Part shown: piece after piece, positions 1 to 11,286 of the stretch
Layout: every line of letters starts with the position of its first letter
Numbering within the stretch: the stretch's first letter is position 1
Assembly: GCA_038323895.1 (NCBI GenBank)
Contig: JBBQHK010000012.1
Coordinates: 170-64,169 of the forward strand
Reading direction: 5' to 3'
Origin: Lysobacterales bacterium
Lineage (GTDB): Bacteria; Pseudomonadota; Gammaproteobacteria; Xanthomonadales; Xanthomonadaceae
Length of the DNA: 64,000 bases
Program-made: the position numbers and the translations under genes
Notes under the pieces: generated by a model
The model's input: the letters and a program-made list of their open reading frames with translations, nothing else
Told to the model about the DNA's origin: nothing
The model's database searches: none

Positions 1-63
1 TGGATCCACCGCTACCGCCAGCTGCCGTATTGCGCAGTTGATAACGGACCGCAGCCGCTCTGA
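1..63 (+). CDS. Possible 3' end of a gene entering from the left of the window
   Basis: Open frame WIHRYRQLPYCAVDNGPQPL* ending TGA at 61-63, just before a bidirectional hairpin; too short to identify. Confidence 0.3.
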   Translation, partial: WIHRYRQLPYCAVDNGPQPL

Positions 64-83
64 AGGTCTGCAGCCTGCCAAAC

Positions 84-111
84 AAAAGAGCCGGCGCAAG
101 CCGGCTTTTTT
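84..111. terminator. Bidirectional intrinsic terminator downstream of purL
   Basis: AAAAG-AGCCGGC-gcaa-GCCGGCT-TTTTT: GC stem with A-tract and T-tract. Confidence 0.8.
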
Positions 112-130
112 GTGGCCAGCAATCCGTGGC

Positions 131-3100
131 TCAGCCCAACCATACCCGCGCATTGCGGAACATCCGCAGCCATGGCGATGCATCCGGCCAGTGGCTCGGT
201 GCCCAGCTGAAGTTGGCGCGACGCAAGGTGCGTTCCGGATGCGGCATCAGGATGGTGGCACGGCCGTCGCGGGTGGTCACACCGGCAATTGCGCCTGGCG
301 AGCCATTCGGATTGGCCGGGTAGGATTCGGCGACATGGCCGTCACCAGTGACATAACGCAAGCCGATATCGACTGCCGATTGGTCGATGCCGTTTGCGAA
401 AACCGCACGGCCTTCGCCATGCGCCACCGCCACAGGAATCCGCGAACCCGCCATGCCGCGCAGGAACAGCGACGGCGACTGCACGACCTCAAGCAATGCA
501 AGGCGGGCTTCGTATTGCTCGCTGGCATTGCGCTGGAAGGTGGGCCAGTGTTCCGCCCCAGGAATGATGTCGCGTAGCTGCGCCATCATCTGGCAGCCGT
601 TGCAGATCCCCAGCGAGAACGTGTCGTGCCGGGCAAAGAACTCGGCAAATGCATCGCGCAGCGCATTGCGCTCCAGGATGCTGGTCGCCCAGCCGCGGCC
701 GGCACCGAGCACATCGCCAAAACTGAAACCGCCACAGGCGACGAACCCGCTGAAGTCCGCCAATTGGAAACGTCCGGCGATCAGGTCGCTCATGTGCACG
801 TCGTAGGCATCGAAGCCGGCACGGTCAAACGCCACCGCGGTTTCGATCTGGCTGTTGACGCCCTGCTCGCGCAGGATCGCGACCTTCGGGCGTGCGCCAG
901 TAGCGATGAATGGCATCGCCACATCTTCAGCCGCATCAAACGTCAGCAGCGGCGTGAGCGGTGGCGCGTCGAAACGGCGCGTGGCGTCGCGCTCCTGGTC
1001 CGCGCTTTCCGGGTTGTCGCGCAGGCGCTGCAACGCGTGGCTGACCGACCGCCAGGCTTCGAATAATTCTTCCCATCGCCATTCGGCCAGCACCTTGTCT
1101 TCCTGGCTGACCCGGATCATGTTGGCGCTGGTGGGCCGGGCGATGCGCTGGGCGCATTCGATCAGGCCATGGCGCGAGACCAGGTCGGCGAACGTGGCGC
1201 GTTCTTCCACCGGCACCTGCACGATCGCGCCAAGTTCTTCATTGAACAGGGTGCGGAACACGTCGTCCGCGCGGCCATCGCCCCAGCCGTCGAGCTGGAT
1301 GTCCAGGCCCATGTGCGAAGCGAACGCCATTTCACACAGGGCCGCAAACGCGCCGCCGTCTGAACGGTCGTGGTAGGCCAGCAGCAGGCCGTCCTCGCGT
1401 GCGTCACGTACCAGTTCAAACAGGCTACGCAAGCGTTGCGGATCGTCGAGGTCGGGTACGTCGCCGCCGAACGCGGGCAATGCGCCCTTGCCGCCGTGTT
1501 CGGGATGGCATTGCGCCAGCACCGAACCACCCAGCCGCTGGCGGCCGCCGCCCAGGCCGATCAGCCACAGTTCCGATTCGACATCGCGTCGCAAGAGCGG
1601 CGTCAGTTGCTGGCGCACATCGACCACCGGTGCGAACGCGGTGACGATCAGCGAGACCGGCGACACCGACTGGTGCGCCTGCGAGCCGTCCTGCCAGCGC
1701 GCCTGCATCGACAGCGAGTCCTTGCCGACGGGTATCCCGAGTTCCAGCTCCGGACAGAGCTCAATACCAACCGCACGCACTGCATCGAACAGCCGCGCGT
1801 CCTCGCCGTGGTGGCCTGCAGCGGCCATCCAGTTGGCTGACAGCTTGATGCGGTTGAGTGCTTCCACCGGCGCCGCGATCAAATTGGTGATCGCCTCGCC
1901 CACGGCCATGCGCGCGGAGGCTCCCGCGTCCAGCAGGGCGAGCGGGGTGCGCTCACCAATTGCCATGGCTTCGCCGGTGTGGCCGTCGAAGCCGGCCAGT
2001 GTGATCGCGCAGTCCGCCACCGGGATCTGCCACGGGCCGATCATCTGGTCGCGCGCGGTCAGGCCGCCAACAGTGCGGTCGCCGATGGTGATCAGGAAGG
2101 ATTTCGACGCTACGGTCGGGTGGGCAAGCACGCGCAGGCCGGCCTCACGCAGGTCAAGCGTATCGGTGTCGGTTTCCGGCCAGCGCGGCAGCGGCGGGTG
2201 GGTGGTATCGCGATGCATCTTCGGCGGTTTGCCGAACAGCACGTCCATTGGCAGGTTGATGGCGGGGGCTTCTACTCCACCCTCACCCGAAGCGGCTTCG
2301 CCACTTCGACCTCTCCCGCCAGCGGGAGAGGTGTTTTCTACTGTCGCGCCATAGCCGACGACCAGTCGCTCCTCCGCAGTCGCGGTGCCGACCACTGCGA
2401 ATGGACAGCGCTCGCGCGTGCACAGCGCTGCGAACTCTTCGACCCGCGAAGGATGGATGCCCAGCACGTAGCGTTCCTGCGATTCGTTGCACCACAGCTG
2501 GATCGGCGACAGCGACGGATCATCGTTGGGGATTTTGTGCAGGTCGATCACGCCGCCCACGCCGGAGTCATGCAGCAGTTCCGGGATCGCGTTGGACAGG
2601 CCGCCTGCGCCGACGTCGTGGATGGACTGGATCGGATTGTCCGCAGCGAGCGCGACGCAACGATCGATCACTTCCTGCGCGCGACGTTCCATCTCCGGGT
2701 TATCGCGCTGCACCGATGCGAAATCGAGGTCCTCGCTGCTGCTCCCGCCGGTCACCGAACTGGCGGCGCCGCCGCCCAGGCCAATCAGCATCGCCGGGCC
2801 GCCCAGCACGATCACCGCATCACCCGGCGACAGCATGCGCTTGGCGACCATCGTCCGATCCATTGCGCCAATGCCGCCGGCCAGCATGATCGGTTTGTCG
2901 TAGGCGCGGGTCAGGCGGCTGCCATCGGGCGCGCTGCCTTCGTGCAACTCGAAACTGCGGAAATAGCCGACCAGGTTGGGGCGGCCGAATTCGTTGTTGA
3001 ACGCGGCGGCGCCAAGTGGTCCGTCCAGCATGATTTCCAGTGCCGGCGCCATCCGCGGGTTAAGCGAGCGCTCGGCTTCCCACGGTTGCGGCAAGCCCGG

Positions 3101-4120
3101 AATGCGCAGGTGCGACACCGAGAACCCGCTTAGACCCGCCTTCGGACGCCCGCCACGGCCGGTCGCGCCTTCGTCGCGGATCTCGCCGCCGGCGCCAGTC
3201 GAGGCGCCCGGGAACGGCGCGATCGCGGTCGGATGGTTATGGGTTTCAACCTTGATGCAGAACGCGCTGTCGGTAGAGGCTTCGGCGCGATACCGCTGGT
3301 CATGCGGGTCCGGGCGGAACCGTGACGTGGCATAGCCCCCGACCACCGCGGCATTGTCGCTGTACGCCGACAGCGTGTGTTCCGGCGCATGCGCGTGGGT
3401 GTTCTTGATCATGCCGAACAGCGTCACCGGCGCGCCGGCGTGCTGCATCGCGCGACCGTCAATGGTCCAGCTGGCGTTGAAGATCTTGTGCCGGCAATGC
3501 TCGGAATTGGCCTGCGCGAACATCATCAGTTCAACGTCGTGCGGATCGCGGCCAAGCGCGCCGAAGCGCTCACGCAAATAGTCGATCTCGTCCTGCGCCA
3601 TGGCCAGGCCCAGCCGCGTGTTGGCCGCTTCCAGCGCGTCCAGCGCCACCACCTCGAGCTCGCCACGCGGCAATGCTTCGAACAGCGCCGCGCCAGCCTC
3701 GCGCGAATCCAGCAGAGACTGGGTCATTGGATCGTGCAGGAGCTTGGCCAAGGCGACCTGCGCTTCGGCTTCGGCGGGCCAACCAGCCAGGTCGATGCGC
3801 ATGCCGCGCTCGACGCGCTGCACCGGCAAACCAGCGCCGCGCAGCAATTCGGTGGCCTTGCTGGCCCACGGCGACAAAGTGCCCAGGCGCGGCACCACGA
3901 AGCGGGTAACCACGCCGGAAGCGGCGTCTGGATGCACCGGACCGGCTTGCAGGATGCGCTTCAGCGCATCCATGTCCGGCGATTGGCCGGATTCGGGCTG
4001 GACCCAATAGCCATGCCAACTGTCGACGATGCGCAATGCCGGTGCAACGGCATTGAGGCGGGCTTGCAGGCGTTCGCGCCGAAACGGCGACAGGGCGATG
4101 GCGCCCTCGAGGACGATCAT
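131..4120 (-). CDS. purL: Phosphoribosylformylglycinamidine synthase (large-type PurL)
   Basis: Motifs [34 protein letters not shown], glutaminase GICNGCQ and MPHPER; start taken at ATG 4120 (MIVLEG). Confidence 0.97.
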   Translation of the reverse strand: MIVLEGAIALSPFRRERLQARLNAVAPALRIVDSWHGYWVQPESGQSPDMDALKRILQAGPVHPDAASGVVTRFVVPRLGTLSPWASKATELLRGAGLPVQRVERGMRIDLAGWPAEAEAQVALAKLLHDPMTQSLLDSREAGAALFEALPRGELEVVALDALEAANTRLGLAMAQDEIDYLRERFGALGRDPHDVELMMFAQANSEHCRHKIFNASWTIDGRAMQHAGAPVTLFGMIKNTHAHAPEHTLSAYSDNAAVVGGYATSRFRPDPHDQRYRAEASTDSAFCIKVETHNHPTAIAPFPGASTGAGGEIRDEGATGRGGRPKAGLSGFSVSHLRIPGLPQPWEAERSLNPRMAPALEIMLDGPLGAAAFNNEFGRPNLVGYFRSFELHEGSAPDGSRLTRAYDKPIMLAGGIGAMDRTMVAKRMLSPGDAVIVLGGPAMLIGLGGGAASSVTGGSSSEDLDFASVQRDNPEMERRAQEVIDRCVALAADNPIQSIHDVGAGGLSNAIPELLHDSGVGGVIDLHKIPNDDPSLSPIQLWCNESQERYVLGIHPSRVEEFAALCTRERCPFAVVGTATAEERLVVGYGATVENTSPAGGRGRSGEAASGEGGVEAPAINLPMDVLFGKPPKMHRDTTHPPLPRWPETDTDTLDLREAGLRVLAHPTVASKSFLITIGDRTVGGLTARDQMIGPWQIPVADCAITLAGFDGHTGEAMAIGERTPLALLDAGASARMAVGEAITNLIAAPVEALNRIKLSANWMAAAGHHGEDARLFDAVRAVGIELCPELELGIPVGKDSLSMQARWQDGSQAHQSVSPVSLIVTAFAPVVDVRQQLTPLLRRDVESELWLIGLGGGRQRLGGSVLAQCHPEHGGKGALPAFGGDVPDLDDPQRLRSLFELVRDAREDGLLLAYHDRSDGGAFAALCEMAFASHMGLDIQLDGWGDGRADDVFRTLFNEELGAIVQVPVEERATFADLVSRHGLIECAQRIARPTSANMIRVSQEDKVLAEWRWEELFEAWRSVSHALQRLRDNPESADQERDATRRFDAPPLTPLLTFDAAEDVAMPFIATGARPKVAILREQGVNSQIETAVAFDRAGFDAYDVHMSDLIAGRFQLADFSGFVACGGFSFGDVLGAGRGWATSILERNALRDAFAEFFARHDTFSLGICNGCQMMAQLRDIIPGAEHWPTFQRNASEQYEARLALLEVVQSPSLFLRGMAGSRIPVAVAHGEGRAVFANGIDQSAVDIGLRYVTGDGHVAESYPANPNGSPGAIAGVTTRDGRATILMPHPERTLRRANFSWAPSHWPDASPWLRMFRNARVWLG
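2280..2332. repeat. Palindromic repeat (CCCTCACCC...CCTCTCCC/GGGAGAGG type) inserted in frame inside purL
   Basis: Perfect stem ACCTCTCCCG-ccag-CGGGAGAGGT (2309-2332) plus CGAAGCGGC-ttc-GCCACTTCG; same motif family as intergenic 11129-11250. Confidence 0.65.
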
Positions 4121-4219
4121 GTCCGGGAGATGGTGGCAACGGGCCGAAGATTGTAGCCGAGGCCGGGCCTTGACCGCGGCCCGGGGCTTCCCCGGACCAT
4201 GCCCCACCCTATCGGGGGA

Positions 4220-5050
4220 TCACGTACCCTCGCTGACGCTGCGTTCTGCGGCGACCTTCTCCAGCCGCTCCAGCAGCGCGGCGGGGGGCAGGTAGCCCCC
4301 GAGGAACTGGCCATCGCTGGTCAACAGCATGGGGGTGCCTTCCAGGCCCATGCGCTGGCCGGCCGCGTACTGCATGTTGACCGGATTGGGGCAGGACTTC
4401 GTCGGGATCGAACTGCCATTCTTGGCGTCGGTCAATGCCTTGCGACGGTCATCGGCGCACCAGACGGACACCATCTTCCGGTAATCCTCGCTGCCAATGC
4501 CGGCACGCGGGAACGCCATGTATTCGATTTCAATACCGCGCTTGGTGTATTCGGCAATCTCGTTGTGGAACTTGCGGCAGTAGCCGCATTCGATGTCGGT
4601 CAGCACCACCACGGTGTGCTTGGGCGCGCCGGTCGGCGCGAACACGATGCGGTCACTGACCGGCAGGGTCTTCAGCACGTCGCTGCGGAGCTTGGCCATG
4701 GCACTTTCGGACAGATCCTTGCGCCTGGCGACGTCCAGCAGTCCGCCCTGGAACAGGTACTTGCCGTCATCGCTGACATAGACCACCTGCCCCCCTGCGA
4801 CAACTTCGCGGAACCCCGGCATCGGTGCGGGCCCAATGCGGTCGATGCCCATCCTGGGGCTCAACTGCTTGAGCACGTCCCGGACCCGGGCCTCGGGTGT
4901 GCCGGCCACGATCCTGGCTTCCGCAACGGTGGTGACAGGCGCTGCTGCATCGACCTGGGCGCTGCTGGCCTTGTCCGTTGGCGACACCGACTGGGCGCAC
5001 GCGCTCAGGCTCATTGCGCTGAACAGGGCAGCGATGGCAAAACGTTTCAT
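4220..5050 (-). CDS. dsbC: Thiol:disulfide isomerase DsbC, with lipoprotein-type signal (LSAC)
   Basis: TDIECGYCRKFH active site, AFPRAG and GTP motifs; directly follows xerD as in many Gammaproteobacteria. Confidence 0.92.
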   Translation of the reverse strand: MKRFAIAALFSAMSLSACAQSVSPTDKASSAQVDAAAPVTTVAEARIVAGTPEARVRDVLKQLSPRMGIDRIGPAPMPGFREVVAGGQVVYVSDDGKYLFQGGLLDVARRKDLSESAMAKLRSDVLKTLPVSDRIVFAPTGAPKHTVVVLTDIECGYCRKFHNEIAEYTKRGIEIEYMAFPRAGIGSEDYRKMVSVWCADDRRKALTDAKNGSSIPTKSCPNPVNMQYAAGQRMGLEGTPMLLTSDGQFLGGYLPPAALLERLEKVAAERSVSEGT

Positions 5051-5156
5051 CGTGTAATCCTAATCTGGGCGCTTGTCCGACCGTGATTGGCCCGCGCGGT
5101 TCAGCCGATTGTCGCATGCAGCGGTCAAAAGCCATCAGCGCGAAAAAGCCCGTCGT

Positions 5157-6125
5157 TCAGGCGCGAGGATGATGCCTGGCATGCACGTTGCGCAGGTGTT
5201 CGCGCGCCACCAGGGTGTAGATCTGGGTGGTGGACAGCGAGCTGTGGCCCAGCAACATCTGCAGCGCGCGCAAATCGGCGCCATGGTTGAGCAGGTGGGT
5301 CGCGAAACTGTGGCGCAGGCCGTGCGGGCTGATCCGGGCTGGATCGATGCCGGCCGCCTGTGCGCTGCGCTTGACCAGCCGCCAGAATGCCTGGCGGGTC
5401 AGGGCCTGGCCCCTGCCAGCGACGAACAGCACCGCGGCATCGCGCATGAGCTGCAGCAACGCCGGACGCGACTCGGCAAGGTAACGCTGCAACCAGTGCT
5501 GGGATTCCTCGCCCAAAGGCACCAGGCGCTCCTTGCCTCCCTTCCCGCGCACCCGCAGGACGCCCTGGCGCAGGTTCAACGCGGTTGCGGGCAGTTCCAC
5601 GAGTTCGCTCACCCGCAACCCGCACGCATACATCAATTCCAGCATCGCGCGGTCGCGCAGGCCTTCGCTGGTGGCGATGTCGGGCGCTGCCAGCAAGGCT
5701 TCGATCTGCGCTTCGGACAGCGCCTTCGGCAAAGAACGCGGCAAGCTGGGCGGTTGCAACAACGCCGTCGGATCATCCAGGCGATCGCCCCGGCGCACGC
5801 AATATGCATGGAACGCACGCAAAGAGGACAACAGCCGGGCATTGCTGCGCGCGGTGTAGCCGGCAGTGGTGCGAATCGCCAGGTAGTCGAACAAGGTCGG
5901 TCGGTCGAGCTGGGTGAGGCGACGCGTTCCCGATCCTTCCGAAGCACGCTGCCCCGCCCAACGTGCAAGCCCCTGGAGGTCGCTGCGGTACGCCGCCAAC
6001 GAGGCCGCGGCCAGGCCGCGCTCGGCCCAGATCGCATCGATGAAACGTTCGATGACCAACGAATCCGCATCCGCCAGTGGTGGCAGCGATTGGGCGAAGT
6101 GGCGGCGGTCCGCGGCGGTCGGCAT
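5157..6125 (-). CDS. xerD: Site-specific tyrosine recombinase XerD
   Basis: [64 protein letters not shown]. Confidence 0.95.
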   Translation of the reverse strand: MPTAADRRHFAQSLPPLADADSLVIERFIDAIWAERGLAAASLAAYRSDLQGLARWAGQRASEGSGTRRLTQLDRPTLFDYLAIRTTAGYTARSNARLLSSLRAFHAYCVRRGDRLDDPTALLQPPSLPRSLPKALSEAQIEALLAAPDIATSEGLRDRAMLELMYACGLRVSELVELPATALNLRQGVLRVRGKGGKERLVPLGEESQHWLQRYLAESRPALLQLMRDAAVLFVAGRGQALTRQAFWRLVKRSAQAAGIDPARISPHGLRHSFATHLLNHGADLRALQMLLGHSSLSTTQIYTLVAREHLRNVHARHHPRA

Positions 6126-6176
6126 GCTCCCAGACTAGCCGCCGGGTGGCGCGGTTGTCGCCTGTATCCTGTGCCG

Positions 6177-6623
6177 ATGCCAACGCCGAAACGTCCTGCC
6201 ACGCTTGTCGGATGGCGCCTGCTGGCGCTGACCTACGATTTTTTCCCGGTCCTCGCGCTGTGGTTCGTGACCGCCGGCGTGTTCACCCTTGGGCATGGTG
6301 ATGCCGTGCGCGGTGGCTGGCTGGGCGCGGCCGAACTCCTGGCGTTGTGGACGGTGGCCGGCGTGTATGCAACCGCCAGCTGGCGTCGCGGTGGCCAGAC
6401 CATCGGCATGCGCCCGTGGCGGATGCGGGTGGTCGCCGCCGGCAGCGGTGGCGACGCGTCGCTGTACTGCCTGTGGTTGCGCTATGCGATTGGCAGCGTG
6501 TCACTGCTACCGGCCGGCGCCGGCTTCTGGTGGGCGTGGATCGACCGCGACCGATTGACCTGGCATGACCGCATCAGCGGGACGCGGATGCTGCGCGAGA
6601 CAGGGGAAAAGGGGTCAGAGTGA
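6177..6623 (+). CDS. RDD family membrane protein
   Basis: WRLLALTYD, GGQTIGMRPW, WHDRISGT motifs; typical position between xerD and lptG; start ATG 6177. Confidence 0.85.
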   Translation: MPTPKRPATLVGWRLLALTYDFFPVLALWFVTAGVFTLGHGDAVRGGWLGAAELLALWTVAGVYATASWRRGGQTIGMRPWRMRVVAAGSGGDASLYCLWLRYAIGSVSLLPAGAGFWWAWIDRDRLTWHDRISGTRMLRETGEKGSE

Positions 6624-6689
6624 ATTTCCTGCCGACTGAAGTCGGTCGGTCGTGATCCTGGTCAGGAAACTTTACTCTGACCCCTTTTC
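6606..6689. repeat. REP/REPIN-like inverted repeat element, copy 1
   Basis: GAAAAGGGGTCAGAGTGAATTTCCTG ... CAGGAAACTTTACTCTGACCCCTTTTC, near-perfect ~26-bp arms. Confidence 0.8.
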
Positions 6690-6696
6690 GCAGTTC

Positions 6697-7794
6697 TTAC
6701 CCACTTCGCCGCGTGAACAGAAAACCCGATACACCCAGCATGACCAACGGCGGCAAGGCATAGGCGATGCGATAGTCGAAGTGGTAAATGCCTGCCAGTT
6801 TCGAGAACATCTGCTGCAGCATGAAGAACCCGAGCGCGAACACGATGCCCACGAACAGGCGCTTGCCGTAACCACCACTGCGCAGGGTGCCGAAGGCGAA
6901 CGGAATCGCCGCCAGGCACAACGCCAGCACGTTGAACGGGTAGAACCAGCGGCCCCAGTAGATTTCCTCGAAATCGCCGGCATCAAGCAGGTTGCGCTTG
7001 CGATATTCAATGCTCTCGCGCAGCTCCAGGCTGCCCATGTTGCGTGGCTTGGTCACGCTGGCCGCCAAGGCAGCTTCGTCCAGTTTCGAGTCCCAGCGCT
7101 CTTCGGCAACATTGCTGCGCTCGACCGATCTGGGGCCGAACGTGGTGCGCTCGACATTGCGTAGCAACCAGCCGCCAGGACGATGCTCGGCGACCTCGAC
7201 ATTGGCGATCGACTGCAGGCGACCATCGTCCTCGAACTGGAACAGGCGCACGCCGCGCAGTTCCAGCCAATGGTCGCCACCGCTGCGTTTCTGCTCGCCG
7301 GTACGGGCATTGAGGAACATCTCGCCTTCGCGTGCCCACAGTCCGCTGTACTGGGCGACGACCATGTCTGAATTGCGCAGGCTCTTGATCGACTGGGCGC
7401 GCTCCTCACCCCAGGGCGCCAGGGTTTCGCCGTTGGCCACCATCAGCACGGTCAGCAGGGTCAGAGAGAAGGCCACGGACGCACTCAGGCGGCGACGCGA
7501 GAGGCCAACGGCGCGCAGGGCGGTCAGTTCCGAGGTGCCGGCCAATTGGCCAAGCCCCAAGAGCGCCCCGATCACCGCTGCGGTCGGAAACAGGTTGTAG
7601 GCCCGCCACGGGATGGACAAGCCAGTCGCGACGATGGCGTGGCTGATGGTGTAACCGCCTTTGCCGACGCTGCCGAACTCACCGGCGAAGGCCAGTACGA
7701 CGTCCAGGCCCAGCAACACCCCCCAGGTGCCCAACACGCTGATCAGGACGATGCGTGCGATGTAGTGGTCATGCAGCTTCGGGCGCAGGTTCAT
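6697..7794 (-). CDS. lptG: LPS export ABC transporter permease LptG
   Basis: LGLGQLAGTSELTALRAVGLS motif, periplasmic beta-jellyroll region, ATGA overlap with lptF. Confidence 0.92.
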   Translation of the reverse strand: MNLRPKLHDHYIARIVLISVLGTWGVLLGLDVVLAFAGEFGSVGKGGYTISHAIVATGLSIPWRAYNLFPTAAVIGALLGLGQLAGTSELTALRAVGLSRRRLSASVAFSLTLLTVLMVANGETLAPWGEERAQSIKSLRNSDMVVAQYSGLWAREGEMFLNARTGEQKRSGGDHWLELRGVRLFQFEDDGRLQSIANVEVAEHRPGGWLLRNVERTTFGPRSVERSNVAEERWDSKLDEAALAASVTKPRNMGSLELRESIEYRKRNLLDAGDFEEIYWGRWFYPFNVLALCLAAIPFAFGTLRSGGYGKRLFVGIVFALGFFMLQQMFSKLAGIYHFDYRIAYALPPLVMLGVSGFLFTRRSG

Positions 7795-8870
7795 TGGCGC
7801 CACCACGGTTTGGCGATACGGCCGTCACGCAGGTAGAGCCAAGTGCCGAGCGCCAGCATCGGCAGCAGCAACCACCACAGGCCCGCGGCAGGCGGCAGGG
7901 TGCCATCGGCCAGCCATTGGGTGCCGAGCAGCATCATGAAGATGCCCACCAGATACGCCAGGAACGCCATCAGCATGGAGCCGTAGCGCGCTTGCCGCGG
8001 CGAACTGCGTGACAACGGCACTGCGATGAGGACGAAGGCAAGCGCGAGCAGCGGCGGCGCGATCCGCCAATGGATTTGTGCATTCGCCGCCGGCGAAGGG
8101 TCGCCCAGCAGTTCGCTGAACGGCTTGAACGCGGGATCATCGCTGGTGCGCTTGTCGTCTGGCCCCGGCAACTGCATTTCATTGCGCGCATAGCGCATCA
8201 GGCGGTAATCCAGGTTATTGCCTGCAAGCGGGCCTTCGACCCTGAAGCCGTCCATCAGCGCAAGCACGCGCGCGCCTTCGTCGCGATACAACTCGCCGTT
8301 GCGCGCAGTGGCAACGTCCATCCGCTCGCCACGTTCGCGATACACGAACACCCGGCTCAATTTCGTCCCGTCGCTGGACATGTTGCCGGCATAGGCCACG
8401 CCGCCATTGGCCATCAGGGTGAAGCGGCCGGGCTCAAGCCCGGCCACCAGCAGGTTCTTGTTGGCTTCTGCGACCATGACCTGGGCCTTGCCATCAGCCC
8501 ACGGGCCCAGCCAGACGGAACCCACGGCTATCAACGCTATGGCCGGCAGCGCGACGATCAGCACCGGCCGCAGCAAACGACGCGAATCCACGCCCACCGC
8601 GGCCAACGCGTACATCTCCGACTCGCGGTAGAGCCGGCCCAGCGCCATCATGTAACCCAATAGCAGGGCCAGTGGCAGGATCAATGGCAGGTAGCGGACC
8701 AGACGCAAGCCCAACTGCGACATCAGCAACGTTGGCGGAACCTTGCCTCGCGCCATCTCGCCGAGCAGGTCGGCAAACACGCCGCTCAGGCTGACAATGG
8801 ACAGCACCACCATCGCCGCCAGCACGGAACGGGCGATCTCACTGCTCAGGTAGCGGTCCAACTTCGGCAT
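7791..8870 (-). CDS. lptF: LPS export ABC transporter permease LptF
   Basis: LDRYL N-terminus, LGRLYRESEM, PLSRSSPRQARY; divergent from pepA as usual. Confidence 0.93.
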   Translation of the reverse strand: MPKLDRYLSSEIARSVLAAMVVLSIVSLSGVFADLLGEMARGKVPPTLLMSQLGLRLVRYLPLILPLALLLGYMMALGRLYRESEMYALAAVGVDSRRLLRPVLIVALPAIALIAVGSVWLGPWADGKAQVMVAEANKNLLVAGLEPGRFTLMANGGVAYAGNMSSDGTKLSRVFVYRERGERMDVATARNGELYRDEGARVLALMDGFRVEGPLAGNNLDYRLMRYARNEMQLPGPDDKRTSDDPAFKPFSELLGDPSPAANAQIHWRIAPPLLALAFVLIAVPLSRSSPRQARYGSMLMAFLAYLVGIFMMLLGTQWLADGTLPPAAGLWWLLLPMLALGTWLYLRDGRIAKPWWRQ

Positions 8871-9076
8871 CAGGCCCTGCTTGGTTAGGAACTTGCTTTA
8901 GACTTGGGGGTTAGTTCTGCAACCGTGCGTCTTGTTGCTGGCCGAGTCTGCACACGGCTGCGCATTGTAAGCACTGCCGCATGCCGTGCCGGTGAGGCGG
9001 CTGCCGAAAATGGCGCGTAGCGGCTTGCCAGCGGCGCCTACCCTCAATTTGTAACTTTCTCTTGGAACCTTGCTCG

Positions 9077-10564
9077 ATGAGCCTCGAATTCAGCCTGAAC
9101 CACACGACCCCCGCCTCCGCCGACGTCGACTGCGTGATCGTTGGCGCATTCGCCGACAAGCAGCTGACGCCCGCAGGTGCCGCGCTGGATGCCGCCAGCG
9201 AAGGCCGGCTGCGCGCCCTGCTTGAGCGCGGCGACATCAGCGGCAAGACCGGCAAGACCACCCTGTTGCACGACGTGGCCGGCATCACCGCGCCTCGCGT
9301 GCTGGTCATTGGCCTTGGCGAAACCGCCAAGTTCGGCGTGGCGCAATACCTGAAGGCCGTTGGCGATGCCGCGCGCGCGTTGAAGACCGGGGCGGTGGCC
9401 TCCGCGCTGTTCACCCTCAACGAGGTCGAGGTCAAGGGCCGCGACGATGCCTGGAAGATCCGTACCGCCGCGGCTGCCGCCGACCACGCCTGCTATCGCT
9501 ACACCGCGACCTTGGGCGCGAAGAACAAGAAGCGCGACGAGAAGGGCCTGACCCACTTCGCCATCAGTGGTGACGATGACACCGCACTGGCGCATGGCCG
9601 CGCGATTGCCACCGGCGTGGCCTACACCCGCGAGCTCGGCAACCTGCCTCCAAATGTGTGCACCCCGATCTACCTGGCCGAGCAGGCGCAGGAATTCGCT
9701 GCACGCAATGAAGGCGTGGAATGCGAAATCCTCGACGACGACGCGATGGAAGCACTCGGCATGGGTTCGCTGTTGGCGGTTGCGCGCGCGTCGGCCAACC
9801 GCCCTCGCCTGGTCGTGCTCAAGTACAACGGGGGCGGCGATGCCAAGCCTTATGTTTTGGTCGGCAAGGGCATCACCTTCGACACCGGCGGCGTGAACCT
9901 GAAGACCCAGGGCGGCGTGGAGGAAATGAAATACGACAAGCTCGGCGCCGGCACCGTGCTCGGGACATTCGTGGCGACGGTCGGCATGCAGTTGCCGATC
10001 AACCTGGTGTGCATCGCCGCCGCGGTTGAAAACGCGATCGACGGCAATGCCTATCGCCCGTCTGACGTGATCACCAGCATGTCGGGCAAGACCATTGAAG
10101 TCGGCAACACCGATGCCGAAGGCCGACTGATCCTGTGCGACGCGCTGACCTACGCACAACGCTTCGAGCCGGCCGCGCTGGTCGACGTGGCCACCCTGAC
10201 CGGCGCCTGCATGATCGCGTTGGGCAAGTTCGCCGCGGGGGTCATGACCAAGAACGATGATGACCTGGCGCGCGAGCTGATCGATGCCGGCGAGACCGTG
10301 TTCGACCGTGCCTGGCAATTGCCGCTGTGGGATGAATACCAGGGTCAACTGGATTCCGCGTTCGCCGACGTCTACAACATCGGGGGCCGCTGGGGCGGCG
10401 CGATTACCGCCGGCTGCTTTCTGTCTCGCTTCACCGAAGGACAGCGCTGGGCGCACATGGACATCGCCGGTGTCGCCAGCGGCGACGGCAAGCTGAGCAT
10501 GGCCACCGGCCGGCCGGTAGGCCTGCTGTCGCAGTGGCTGCTGGATCGTTCGGCCGCCGCCTGA
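9077..10564 (+). CDS. pepA: Leucyl aminopeptidase
   Basis: [33 protein letters not shown] (M17 family). Confidence 0.95.
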   Translation: MSLEFSLNHTTPASADVDCVIVGAFADKQLTPAGAALDAASEGRLRALLERGDISGKTGKTTLLHDVAGITAPRVLVIGLGETAKFGVAQYLKAVGDAARALKTGAVASALFTLNEVEVKGRDDAWKIRTAAAAADHACYRYTATLGAKNKKRDEKGLTHFAISGDDDTALAHGRAIATGVAYTRELGNLPPNVCTPIYLAEQAQEFAARNEGVECEILDDDAMEALGMGSLLAVARASANRPRLVVLKYNGGGDAKPYVLVGKGITFDTGGVNLKTQGGVEEMKYDKLGAGTVLGTFVATVGMQLPINLVCIAAAVENAIDGNAYRPSDVITSMSGKTIEVGNTDAEGRLILCDALTYAQRFEPAALVDVATLTGACMIALGKFAAGVMTKNDDDLARELIDAGETVFDRAWQLPLWDEYQGQLDSAFADVYNIGGRWGGAITAGCFLSRFTEGQRWAHMDIAGVASGDGKLSMATGRPVGLLSQWLLDRSAAA

Positions 10565-10582
10565 TTCCAACGCAGTGCCGCC

Positions 10583-10665
10583 GAAAAGGGATCGGAGTGA
10601 CTACCTGCCGCTTGGCGCGATTGACCCGTTATCTTGGTCAGGAAACTTCACTCTGACCCCTTTTC
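10583..10665. repeat. REP/REPIN-like inverted repeat element, copy 2 (left arm degenerate)
   Basis: GAAAAGGGATCGGAGTGA...GGTCAGGAAACTTCACTCTGACCCCTTTTC; same length and orientation as 6606-6689. Confidence 0.75.
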
Positions 10666-10693
10666 GTTCCCTGACATGAAGCACTGAAACTCC

Positions 10694-11119
10694 ATGCCGC
10701 GCGCTGATTTTTATCTGATCGACAAACCACGCTTCCGCGAACAGCCTTTGCTGCTCGTGTGCGAGCTGGCTCGCAAGGCGCACGATGCCGGCCAGTGGAC
10801 GCTGGTACTGGCGCGTGACGCCGCGCAGGCAGAAGTGCTGGATGACCTGTTGTGGTCGTTTGACGACGAGGCCTACGTGCCGCACCAGATCGCCGGTGAC
10901 GCCGAGGAAGACGCGGAGTGCCCGGTAGTGATCGCCACGCCCGACATGGACATCGCGCTGCGGCCGTTGCTACTGAACCTGCGCGACGATGCACCGCGCG
11001 GTGAGTTCGAGCGCGTGCTCGAGGTCGTGCCGGCCGATCCTGCCGCTCGCGGCCCGTTGCGTGAGCGCTGGAAGCATTACCTGTCGCTTGGTTTCGATGT
11101 AAAAAAGCACGACATGTAG
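10694..11119 (+). CDS. holC: DNA polymerase III subunit chi
   Basis: MPRADFY, LDDLLWSFDDEAYVPH, RERWKHY; pepA-holC-valS synteny. Confidence 0.93.
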   Translation: MPRADFYLIDKPRFREQPLLLVCELARKAHDAGQWTLVLARDAAQAEVLDDLLWSFDDEAYVPHQIAGDAEEDAECPVVIATPDMDIALRPLLLNLRDDAPRGEFERVLEVVPADPAARGPLRERWKHYLSLGFDVKKHDM

Positions 11120-11128
11120 CTGCTCTTC

Positions 11129-11250
11129 TCCCTCTCCCGCAGGCGGCCCCCGAAGGGTGTGCAAGGCTGTAGAGGGTTGGGGTGAGGGTGCACACCGTCG
11201 ATCACCACCCTCCTCCGCCTTCGGCACCTTCTCCCACCAGCGGGAGAAGG
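11129..11250. repeat. Intergenic palindromic repeat (CCCTCTCCC / GAGGGTTGGGGTGAGGG / CCTTCTCCC-GGGAGAAGG family)
   Basis: Contains GAGGGTTGGGGTGAGGG and the hairpin CCTTCTCCC-accagc-GGGAGAAGG between holC and valS. Confidence 0.7.
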
Positions 11251-11286
11251 AAAAACAAATCCCAGAAAATCCAACGAGTCATCTGC

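Noticed and set aside
5157-6125. Tyrosine recombinase considered as an island integrase
   Set aside because: Sequence and xerD-dsbC context mark it as housekeeping XerD
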